From NCBI GenBank assembly GCA_910587795.1, contig CAJUNH010000002.1, positions 67,346 through 131,345 on the forward strand: 64,000 nt of DNA. Reading direction: 5' to 3'. The stretch comes from an uncultured Christensenellaceae bacterium (GTDB taxonomy: Bacteria > Bacillota > Clostridia > Christensenellales > CAG-314). This document shows, in pieces, positions 44,974 to 54,200 of the stretch. Made by a program: the position numbers and the translations under genes. Within the stretch, counting starts at the first letter, position 1. Every line of letters starts with the position of its first letter. The notes under the pieces are model-generated. The model was not told the DNA's origin. It worked only from the letters and a program-made list of their open reading frames with translations, and made no database searches.

Positions 44974-46494
44974 TTATTTGCCGGAAAGTTTTTTATTGAT
45001 CCAGTCTTCAACGTCAGCTTTAACCGAAAGGATATAAGCACCGTCTTCAACTACAAGATTTTCCGTCCAGAAAGACAATTCGGAGTCTTTAATAGTAGAG
45101 ATAGTAGCCGTCTTTACAGAAGCTTTAAAATCTTTTTGAGCATCGCCTACCGTGATTTGAGTCGCTTTTCCAGTTTCACGGTCAATATCAGTGATAGTTG
45201 TTCCGTCTGCAAGATATTTGTAAGTTTTAATCGTTACGTCCTTGCCGCCGATAGAAACTTTTTCGCTCTTGATATAGCTCATTTCTTTTTTATTGTTATC
45301 AAGATAAACAAATCCGTCTTTCGATCCGTCTTTTTGATCTGCGGGCAATTCAACGGGTTTTGTCAGTTCGCCGGAGTAAACGGGAACGTCTTTATTGGCA
45401 GAATAACCGCCGAGAGATTTCCAAGGAGTAAATCCTTCTTCCGTCATCAAGTAATTGATAAACAGCATTGCCGTATAAGGACGGGGACCGTTGGTTGCAA
45501 GCTGAGCGTAAATGGAATACATAAATCCTGCAAACGGATCGATCTTCGTGAAATTGGTTGCTCCTTCTTCTTTGTCCCATGCGGAAACTTGAAGGTTATC
45601 TCCGTAAACAGAACTGTCGCGAAGCTTAGAAAGAACGAACAAACCCATCTTATCTTGGTTGTCGGCAGTAGAAAGCTTTTGTGCAATAGTTGTGTCGCTG
45701 TTGATAGAGAAGTTACAATTAGCTATAAATTCCGCAATCCATTTATAACCGTAGTTTGTGTATGTTTTACCTTTGCCTACGTCTTCGGCGGCTTTACCGT
45801 TGTTAAACGTTTTATAAGCCGTTTCGAGCTTCTTAGACCAATCTTCGCTTGTCAGCATAATTAAGAAGTTCATGTTTACTTGCTCTGAAGTAGGATCTTT
45901 AAAGAAAATTTTTCCTTTGTAATCCTCTTGAGTAAGCTGCCATACGTTTGAGAACTTACGGTTTGTATCTCCCGTTGTGTTATACATAAACAACTTGTTG
46001 ATAAATTGATGTGCAAGAGGCATCAAATTTGCTTCGTCGACTTTTTTGTCCATTCCCATGGGGATATAGTTGGTCAACATAGAGGTTGTGTTACGGTATT
46101 GCATTAACGTAGCGCTGTCCTGAATAAGTACGATGGAAGCGTTGCTGCTTTTGTTGGCGGCTTTCGATTCGGTATCCAACTTCTTATAAATATCGCCGTC
46201 GGAAAGTTTAGACGCCTTATTACCGCTAAGTCCCAAATCCTTACCGTACTTCGCGATAAAGTTGTCCATAGCGGTTGTAATACGGGAAGTATTTCCGTAA
46301 GCTACGAAATCGCCGCTTTCCTTTTTAGCTTCTTCTAGCAGCTGCTCCGTTGTCATTTTTTGTCCGGCTTCAACCGCTGCTTTTAAAATAGTATCATCTG
46401 TGCCGGGTCCGTTATTGCAGGCAACTAATAAGAATATTGCCGACAGAATCATGACCGAAGCAAGAATGATACTGAATACTTTTGTTTTTTTCAT
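44974..46494 (-). CDS. ABC transporter substrate-binding lipoprotein (506 aa), ligand unknown
   Basis: I moved the start to ATG 46494 (GGAG 7 nt upstream), giving MKKTKVFSIILASVMILSAIFLLVAC with a lipobox. The track's longer start lacks an RBS. Confidence 0.75.
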   Translation of the reverse strand: MKKTKVFSIILASVMILSAIFLLVACNNGPGTDDTILKAAVEAGQKMTTEQLLEEAKKESGDFVAYGNTSRITTAMDNFIAKYGKDLGLSGNKASKLSDGDIYKKLDTESKAANKSSNASIVLIQDSATLMQYRNTTSMLTNYIPMGMDKKVDEANLMPLAHQFINKLFMYNTTGDTNRKFSNVWQLTQEDYKGKIFFKDPTSEQVNMNFLIMLTSEDWSKKLETAYKTFNNGKAAEDVGKGKTYTNYGYKWIAEFIANCNFSINSDTTIAQKLSTADNQDKMGLFVLSKLRDSSVYGDNLQVSAWDKEEGATNFTKIDPFAGFMYSIYAQLATNGPRPYTAMLFINYLMTEEGFTPWKSLGGYSANKDVPVYSGELTKPVELPADQKDGSKDGFVYLDNNKKEMSYIKSEKVSIGGKDVTIKTYKYLADGTTITDIDRETGKATQITVGDAQKDFKASVKTATISTIKDSELSFWTENLVVEDGAYILSVKADVEDWINKKLSGK

Positions 46495-46543
46495 TTTTAT
46501 CTCCTTTTTATTTGGTTTTATAATTACGTCGTCTGCGGCGTAG

Positions 46544-47377
46544 TTACCTAAATTCAATACCGCTTTTTTGCATTTGCTCGGTTAGTCTGCGGTAAGACTT
46601 TTCCAAAAATTCCTCAACGGAAATCTTGTTAAAATAAATGCTGGTTTCGTTGCAGTAACTTTCTAAATTTAAACGCGGAACGTTATATTTTTTAAGTTTT
46701 GCAAACACTGCGTCGTAATTTATATTGCCTTCGCCCATTATATGGTGCTGATCCTGCGGCGTTCCCGAAGGTCCCTCGTTATCGTGAATGTGCGTTGTTA
46801 CCAGCATGCTTCCGTACTTGTCCAGCGGCTGTTCGTTAGGAGTATATGCATTGTGATGTCCGCTATCATAACAAAAACCTATATTAGGGCAGTTGGGAAA
46901 ATTTTCAAGAATAAAATCGTTATACCTTAAAAAACGTGTGTTTTCTATTGCGATTACAACGTTATTTTGCTGCGCCGCTTCCAACATTTCTGCAAAATTG
47001 ACCACGCCGTACCCGTTAGGTTCGGGCGTGACCGTCTTGCGCGTAAGGTGCAAAACCAAATTGCGTATGCCGCGTTCGCCGCACTCCTTGCACGCCGCAG
47101 CAAAATGCTCAACATATTTTTTGCCGCGTTCGCCGCCGTACCACAAATCGTCGGCGTTAGTCGACGGAAAGTGACAGGTATTTACTCCCAGTCCCAGTTC
47201 GGCTGCCAAATCAAACAATTCAAACCTTGTTCCGTCCGTTTGCTCGAATTCGTCGCCCCACCAAAACATAGTTTCGTCAAATCCCGCTTTTTTAATTGCG
47301 GCCATTCGTCTGCGAGGAGAAACCTCGTAAAACCCGCATCTAAAATTTTGTCCGGTTGTCGCCTTTTGTGTATTCAT
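46544..47377 (-). CDS. Sugar phosphate isomerase/epimerase-like protein (xylose isomerase-like TIM barrel family)
   Basis: Family-like segments VLHLTRK, VIAIENT, GFCYDSGHHN and THIHDNEG. Confidence 0.7.
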   Translation of the reverse strand: MNTQKATTGQNFRCGFYEVSPRRRMAAIKKAGFDETMFWWGDEFEQTDGTRFELFDLAAELGLGVNTCHFPSTNADDLWYGGERGKKYVEHFAAACKECGERGIRNLVLHLTRKTVTPEPNGYGVVNFAEMLEAAQQNNVVIAIENTRFLRYNDFILENFPNCPNIGFCYDSGHHNAYTPNEQPLDKYGSMLVTTHIHDNEGPSGTPQDQHHIMGEGNINYDAVFAKLKKYNVPRLNLESYCNETSIYFNKISVEEFLEKSYRRLTEQMQKSGIEFR

Positions 47378-47407
47378 TTCGGTAAATTTTTCCCACTTTA
47401 CTCAAAG

Positions 47408-47437
47408 AGTATACCCCCCCCCGTGGCTTGATGTCAA
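47408..47437 (-). promoter_or_regulatory. Candidate promoter of the TIM-barrel/ABC operon with a G9 tract inside the spacer
   Basis: Minus strand TTGACA (47437..47432), 18-nt spacer TCAAGCCACGGGGGGGGG, TATACT (47413..47408). ATG 47377 lies 30 nt downstream. Confidence 0.5.
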
Positions 47438-47538
47438 TAGCCGTTTGAAAAAATGAAAAAAACTACTAAAATTTTGCTATTGACAAAAATACAACAAAAT
47501 GAGTCATGTCGAAAACAGATTGAAAATTGATAAAAAGG

Positions 47539-47567
47539 TTGAAAAAAACGAAATAAAGTGATAAAAT
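47539..47567 (+). promoter_or_regulatory. Candidate sigma-A promoter of dut
   Basis: TTGAAA, 17 nt, TAAAAT, with extended -10 (gTGaTAAAAT). AAGGAG RBS and ATG 47589 follow. Confidence 0.5.
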
Positions 47568-47588
47568 AAAGCGTAAAGGAGACGTAAT

Positions 47589-48068
47589 ATGAAAATCGAC
47601 GCTCAGTTTAAAAAAGTAAGTTATACGCAGTTTGCCGAATACGGCGACAAGCAAACGTACATGGACATAAATCTTCCCAAACGCGCCACAAAGCTAAGCG
47701 CGGGCTACGATTTTTTTGCGCCGAGCGATATGGTTTTAGACGCAGGGCAAACCGTAACGGCAGCAACCGGCATAAGAGCGGAAATGCCCGACGGATTTTT
47801 TTTGATGATAGTACCCCGCAGCGGATTGGGATTTAAATATAAGCTGCGGCTAAACAATACCGTGGGCATTATCGACGCCGACTATAAAGACGCTCCCAAC
47901 GAAGGACACATTTTTATCCGCATGACGAACGAAAGCGACAAAAGCTTGGAAATAAAAAAAGGCGAAGCGTTTGCGCAGGGTATATTTTTGCAATACTGCA
48001 CTACCGCCGACGACAGAGTTACCGAACAGCGCAGCGGAGGACTTGGTTCGACAACAAAAAAAATTTAA
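47589..48068 (+). CDS. dut: dUTP diphosphatase (trimeric dUTPase family)
   Basis: Motifs AGYDFFAP, VPRSGLG, GIIDADYKD and the C-terminal RSGGLGST. Confidence 0.9.
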   Translation: MKIDAQFKKVSYTQFAEYGDKQTYMDINLPKRATKLSAGYDFFAPSDMVLDAGQTVTAATGIRAEMPDGFFLMIVPRSGLGFKYKLRLNNTVGIIDADYKDAPNEGHIFIRMTNESDKSLEIKKGEAFAQGIFLQYCTTADDRVTEQRSGGLGSTTKKI

Positions 48069-48097
48069 AGTATATATTTATCTAAATTAAATAAAAA

Positions 48098-48172
48098 GAC
48101 TGGCGTTAGTGAAATGCGCCTCCAAAAGTGTCCAACTTATGGGGTTCATTGCATAGACGTCAGCCTTTTTTT
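48098..48172 (+). repeat. Long-hairpin element copy B (conserved 40-nt core + T7); bidirectional terminator between dut and uvrC
   Basis: Closing stem GACTGGCGT/ACGTCAGCC encloses the core AGTGAAATGCGCCTCCAAAAGTGTCCAACTTATGGGGTTC, followed by TTTTTTT. Confidence 0.7.
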
Positions 48173-48206
48173 CATTAAAAGATACAGGCTTTTAAAATGT
48201 TATATA

Positions 48207-50030
48207 TTATTTTTCGTGTAAATACCCGTACAGTTTTTCCGCTGCGGTACGGCTCATACCTTTTACCGAGGCTATCTCTTCCACCGTTGCCGCGCGGAGG
48301 TTGTCCATAGATTTAAAATGGCGGTGCAATTCGATACGGCGCTTTTCACCTATGCCTTCCACGTCCTGCAAAACCGATTTTACGCTGTTGCGGTTATGCA
48401 ATTTACGAAAATAAGTTATTGCAAACCTATGCGACTCGTCACGGATATTGATTAACAGATTCAGCGCATAACTGTTACGGGGAAGTATAATAGGGTCTTT
48501 GCCGTTTAAAGTATAAACAAGTTCTTCCCTTTTTGCAAGCGACACCAGCTGAACGTTTACGCCGCACTCCTCCATAGCCCGGCGGGCGTAATCCAGCTGC
48601 CCCAAACCGCCGTCTACTACAATCAAGTCGGGGGTTTTGCCGAATACGCCGTCGTCCGCCTTCATCCGCTCGAAACGGCGGGTTAGAACCTCCTTCATAC
48701 TGGCAAAGTCGTTTGCGCCTTCTACGGTGCGGATTTTAAAACGGCGGTACTGCGACGCGTCTTTCTGCCCGTTGGTAAAGACTACCATACTAGCTACCTT
48801 GTCCACACCCTGAACATTGGAAATATCGTAACATTCCACACGCTTAGGCATTACGCTTAAATGCAGCAGCTCTTTCAGCTGAAGCACCGCGCCGTGCGTA
48901 GTGTTAAATTTTTTGTCCAAATCGGTTTGACTCTTTGTTAAATACTCTACCGCGTTTCGGTAAGCCATATCCACAAGCCGTTTTTTATCCTGCTTCTGCG
49001 GACAGTAAACAGACGTTTTGGTACCGCTTTTCTGCGTGATTAAACGCGACAGTTCATCCGCGTCGGGCAAGGGCAAATTTGTGTAAATTTCGCCCGACAG
49101 TTTTACTACGTCGCAATACTCCGCCAAAAAACTGGATAACGTCTGCGCTTCGTCTATACCTGCGTCGCTTACTGCGTTATTTTGCGAAAACACCACTTTA
49201 CCGGAGCGTATCATAGTGTGGTTAACAACACAGCTTGCCCCGTTAGACGCAACGGCAAACATATCGTAATCCACTAACTTGCTTAACACCACAATGCGCT
49301 GCTGCGAAATTTTGTCGATAATTTCCAAATAACGTTTAAACGTAAGCGCCTGCTCGTACTGCATTTTTTCGCTTGCGGACATCATTTTGTCCGTTAGCAC
49401 CTGTCTTACTTCGGTATCGTCGCCCGATAAAAACGCTACGGCGCGGTCGACGATTTTGCGGTAGTCCGCTTTACTTATTTTACCGACGCACGGGGCGGGG
49501 CATTTGCCTATATGATAGTTTAAACACGGGCGGAAATTTTTGGGAAGTTTGTTAAAATTGAAATTGCACGTAACGGTGGGAAACGCCGCCGACAAAATAT
49601 CCATATACGTTTTTATTCCGCCCTGCGTAAAAGGTCCGAAATATCTGTACTTGTCTTTTGCCAACTTGCGGGTTCCTATAAACTTCGGAAAATCCGCCGA
49701 CAGGTTTACTTTTACGTACGGATATTGTTTATCGTCCTTTAACAAAATATTATAAGGCGGCGTGTGTTTTTTTATCAACGTGTTTTCCAGACTTAACGCA
49801 TCCGCTTCGCTTGAGGTGATAATATACCTGAAATCCGCTACGTGCGAAAGCATAGCCAACACTTTTTCCGTTTTGTTGGACGAAGCGTGAAAATACTGAC
49901 GTACGCGGTTTTTAAGGACTTTGGCTTTGCCTACGTACAAAATATTGCCGTCGGCGTCGTACATTATATATACGCCCGGTTCGTCGGGTAAATTTTTAAG
50001 TTTTGTCTGTATATCCACTTGCTGTAACAT
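48207..50030 (-). CDS. uvrC: Excinuclease ABC subunit C
   Basis: GIY-YIG N-terminus (PGVYIMYDADGNILYVGKAKVLKNRVRQYF), UvrBC-interaction region, and a C-terminal endonuclease plus (HhH)2 (VEGIGEKRRIELHRHF). Confidence 0.95.
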   Translation of the reverse strand: MLQQVDIQTKLKNLPDEPGVYIMYDADGNILYVGKAKVLKNRVRQYFHASSNKTEKVLAMLSHVADFRYIITSSEADALSLENTLIKKHTPPYNILLKDDKQYPYVKVNLSADFPKFIGTRKLAKDKYRYFGPFTQGGIKTYMDILSAAFPTVTCNFNFNKLPKNFRPCLNYHIGKCPAPCVGKISKADYRKIVDRAVAFLSGDDTEVRQVLTDKMMSASEKMQYEQALTFKRYLEIIDKISQQRIVVLSKLVDYDMFAVASNGASCVVNHTMIRSGKVVFSQNNAVSDAGIDEAQTLSSFLAEYCDVVKLSGEIYTNLPLPDADELSRLITQKSGTKTSVYCPQKQDKKRLVDMAYRNAVEYLTKSQTDLDKKFNTTHGAVLQLKELLHLSVMPKRVECYDISNVQGVDKVASMVVFTNGQKDASQYRRFKIRTVEGANDFASMKEVLTRRFERMKADDGVFGKTPDLIVVDGGLGQLDYARRAMEECGVNVQLVSLAKREELVYTLNGKDPIILPRNSYALNLLINIRDESHRFAITYFRKLHNRNSVKSVLQDVEGIGEKRRIELHRHFKSMDNLRAATVEEIASVKGMSRTAAEKLYGYLHEK

Positions 50031-50036
50031 AGTTTA

Positions 50037-50065
50037 AGTATACCATATTTTATCGTTAGGTACAA
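50037..50065 (-). promoter_or_regulatory. Candidate extended -10 promoter abutting the uvrC start codon
   Basis: Minus strand TTGTAC, 17 nt, TGgTATACT, then only 6 nt (TAAACT) before ATG 50030. No Shine-Dalgarno sequence. Confidence 0.4.
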
Positions 50066-50308
50066 CCGTAAAAACAAAATTAAAGCTAAGTCTAAAATAC
50101 AGAAAAATGATATGAGCATATCGATAAAACAGTCGTCATTTAACTAATGTTATTTATTGCAGTACCATACTTAATTAACGTACTTTTTAACAAAATTCGG
50201 CACGAAGTTTAAAACGCCCGTTTGTTGATAAAAAACAACGGCGTTTATTTATAAAAAACCGTTTAAAGATTTTTTAATCCGTCAATAATTTGAAAAACGG
50301 AGGTCACT

Positions 50309-51040
50309 ATGAACTACATCAACACAATTATGAATTTTTTGACGCAGTACGATTACATTATACTGCCCGTAATTTCCGGTATACTGGTATTGTTTGCAGT
50401 GGTAAACTTTTGCAAAAACGTCTACCGCAAACAAAACAAAAAAATTGTTGCCGTTACGCGTAAGCTGTGCTCGTTTCCGCACAATATGGAGCAGTACTCA
50501 AAAGGCTTGCCCAAGGAATACCGCCGTCAATGGCGCGCATACGTAAACAGCAAAGCAAAACAGCCCTCAACGGTGTTTGAATTTGCACGCATTGCAAACA
50601 GGATATATTTGCTTAGACTTGTAATTTTAGCAGCGTTAATCAACACCGTTTACATTGCGATTTTTGTCCTTAATACTTCGCGTATCGAGTACTTAGTTTA
50701 TCAAATAGTTTTTTGGTTGGCGTTTACGCTTGTTTTGGTTGCGGACAGAGCGATATACAAAACTCACGAACGCAAAGCTAAAAACATATTTGCACGTTTT
50801 GCAAACGAACTCAACCGTATCGTCCCGAAAGAACAAACAAAAGAAGAACGTTTTGACGAAACGATAAAAGAGCTTAAACAACTTAAACGCTGCGAACCTA
50901 CAAACGCCGTATTTGACAGAGCCGCCGACTTATTGCGCGACAAAGGTTTGCACGGCGAGCGTACCGTAGAGGAACAGCGAAAACTTAACGGCGCAATTAA
51001 CGGTCTTTTGCAAAGCTATACAAAACAGCATAACGTATAA
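50309..51040 (+). CDS. Membrane protein of unknown function (243 aa, three TM helices, helical C-terminal tail)
   Basis: GGAGG RBS 7 nt upstream. TM segments are visible. I recognise no family. Confidence 0.6.
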   Translation: MNYINTIMNFLTQYDYIILPVISGILVLFAVVNFCKNVYRKQNKKIVAVTRKLCSFPHNMEQYSKGLPKEYRRQWRAYVNSKAKQPSTVFEFARIANRIYLLRLVILAALINTVYIAIFVLNTSRIEYLVYQIVFWLAFTLVLVADRAIYKTHERKAKNIFARFANELNRIVPKEQTKEERFDETIKELKQLKRCEPTNAVFDRAADLLRDKGLHGERTVEEQRKLNGAINGLLQSYTKQHNV

Positions 51041-51221
51041 AAAAGCCGTCTGCTTTATCCTGTTATAAAACGCAATAATATCGTAAAACAATTATGTTAA
51101 ATCAAATAAATTATTGTTAAGTATTTTACAATGTAATTAATCACAGTTAATTTCCTGTAAACTTTATTAATTGTTTAATTATAGTACAAAATATTGTAAC
51201 GCCTTTTGAAACTTCAAATAC

Positions 51222-51261
51222 AAAAAAAACCCCTTTGCCGTAATTTGACAAAGGGGTTTTT
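51222..51261. terminator. Bidirectional rho-independent terminator between the 243-aa gene and addA
   Basis: 8-bp stem CCCCTTTG/CAAAGGGG flanked by A8 and T6. Confidence 0.85.
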
Positions 51262-51263
51262 AA

Positions 51264-54200
51264 TTACATTTTAATAAGCTTATTATCCGCTATGGACAAT
51301 ACATAGCAGTCAACGTCGTCTATTCCGCAGATTTTATTGACAGCCAGTTTGTAACTGTTAAGCTGCGCCGAATAGTTCTGCCGTATCCTGTCGCTATGCG
51401 AAGTGTATTTAAAATCTATTACCGCCGCTTTATCGCCGCGTATTACCAAAAGGTCTATTACGCCCTGCAATATTACTTCGTCGGTAAATTGACCGTTCGG
51501 CGACACTTGATTATACGGCGCATACAGCATAAAAGGCATTTCGTGATAAACCTTGCCTTGATACAGCAGTTTGACTAAATCCGGATTATGCAGCGTGGCA
51601 AAAATCAAATCTACGTCAAGCTTGTCCGCTATGCTCTGTTCTATCTGTCCGTCTGCTACAAGGCTTGCTATTGTTTTGCAGATTTCCGCTCTGTCCGCCG
51701 AATAATCTGCATATTGGTAAACCTTGTGATATGCCGTACCGACATAATTGCGTTCGCCGTCCTGCGCAAGCGCGGGTTCGGGATGTTCGTGCAAGCCTAT
51801 ATACGCTTTGTCCAAAGCGGAGCTTACCACTTTGCAGGGCATATCTCTCTGCTTCGCATACGGATACTCGTAGTTTATTCTGTCGGTAACGGCTTTTTCG
51901 TCCTTCTCCTGCGGGCAAATCTGCACAGTCGGTTCTTTACTGCCGTATTCGAATTCCAAATTTTCGCCGTAAATTTTTACGCTGAGTTTATCGCCAAGTT
52001 CTTTTGCAATTTGACCGGCATTATAGTTGATAGCAGCAAGAATCCAGTCCAAATGACTGTTGGCGTTTTGAGGCAGCTTTGCAAATCCGTTAATCTGTTC
52101 TTCGGTAGCGCAAGCCACTAAATTTAACGCGTATTTTGCTCGGGTCATAGCCACGTACAGCAAACGCATTTCTTCTTCGCGCTGTTTTGTAACGTTGCAC
52201 ATACCGTACGCCGCTGTTGCAAGAGTAGGCGAATACGTCATAGTATCGAAGTCGTAGTACTTCATTGCAAGTCCCATATCAAAGTTGCAGTTAACCGAGT
52301 CCGTATCTTTGTGGAAGCCGTGTTCCAAATCGGCAATGATAACGACGGGGAATTCCAAGCCTTTTGATGCGTGCATAGTCATCATCCGCACCGCGTTGGA
52401 ATTGCCTGTTCCTGCGTCCAGCTCGTTGTTTTCCGCCTCGTCAACATAGGACAAAAACTTATCTATGCTTTGGGCGTACGGCGCGTCCTTTACGCTATCC
52501 GCAAAATTGTACAATTTGCGCAGTCTAAGCCCGCTGTTGGGCAGTCCCTGCACATACAGCTGATACTGAGTTAATTCCATTGTCTTTAATACAACTTCGC
52601 TTACGGACGCGCTGCGGGAGTAAAAACGCAATTCTTCCAACAAATCGAATAATTTGTTTACTTTTGCAGTCAGCGCGCTGTCGCCGCCGTTTTGGACGTA
52701 TTTTTTCAGTCTGTCGTAAAACGGCATTCTGCCGCCTGTACTCAAGCGAATTTCGCCCAATTCGCTTTCGCAAAAACCTCCCAAACAGCTAAGACACACG
52801 CCTACAAGATATACGTCGTTATACGGATTATCCAATACGCGCAAAAGATTGATTAGGTCCTTTATTTCTTTTGTGGCATAACCGTCCACGTTAAAACCCG
52901 CAACAACCGGAATATTTGCGGAAATTAAATCATTGTAAATAGCAAGCGCCTTTTTTTGCAAAGTCCTGAACAGTATAACGATATCGCCGTACTGTATTCT
53001 GCGCGTTTCGCCGTTTTTTAAAGTATATGTTTTGCCTACGTATTGACGGATACGCTTGACAATCATTGCGCCCTGTCGGTTAAAGGAGTTAGACTCGGCG
53101 TCTTCAGTGATGTCGTATATGCTGTCTATTTCCTTTTTGATTTTAGGCGAGGGCAAAACAAAATCTATCCTTGCAGACGGCACAGACAAAACGGGAGGAT
53201 TAACGCCGTTTAGCCGCGCCGTTCCTTTGTAGTCCACCTTACCGAAACCGTCGGTCATTATAAGCCCGAACACCGCGTTTACAAAGTCCAGCACTTCGCC
53301 GTTACTGCGGAAATTATCGTTAAGCTCCACCACGTATCCGCTGCCGTTCTCCTTAAACTTTGCGCATTTATCTACAAAGATAGACGGTTCGCATCCGCGG
53401 AAGCCGTAAATAGACTGTTTGACGTCGCCTACCATAAACAGATTGCCGCCGCTTGCCAGTTTGGAAATTATCTCTTCCTGCACGGGGTTTGTATCCTGAT
53501 ATTCGTCTACAAATATCAGTTTGTATTTACCGCGTACGGAATCAAACGCTTCGTTATCCATCAAAATCTTTAACGTCAAGTGTTCCAAATCGTTAAAGTC
53601 CACGCCTCCGCGCTCTTTTTTTAGACTGTAATACTCTTTGTCGAAACGCGTGATGATTTCCGCAAGCTTATCCAAATACACCACGGTTTGCCTTGTTTGC
53701 CGCTGCAATTCCGCATAACTTTGCCCGCGGCTCAATTCATTATATTTTTTTGCAAATTTGCCGAACTCCTCCGTAATCTGCTCGTAGTCGTAACGGATTT
53801 GTTCCTCCGCTTCCTTGTCCGTTAAGTCGAATACGGAAAAACTGCGGTTTTTGTTACGGGCGGGCAGCGAAACCATTTTAAAAGAAAACAAGTCTCCGAG
53901 CGCGTGTTCCGGATTGTCTGTTCGTATTGCGTTAAGCATTTCCTCGTCTTGGGCAAATGCCTCGGCAAAAACCCAGCCGAAATTTTGCGCGCGCACTTTT
54001 AGCGCGCTTACCGCCTCGGTAAAATATTTTACGTTTTGTTTTATATTGTTAAGCAGCGTGGTTATAATCGGGTTATCGTTTCCGTCCAAGTTTATTAAAT
54101 TCTTCCGTTTGGACTGATACCAGTCGTAAAAATTCGGTATACAGCGTGAAAAATCGTACAGCTGAAACAGCAAGCCGTAAAAGTTGGACTGCTGACGTGA

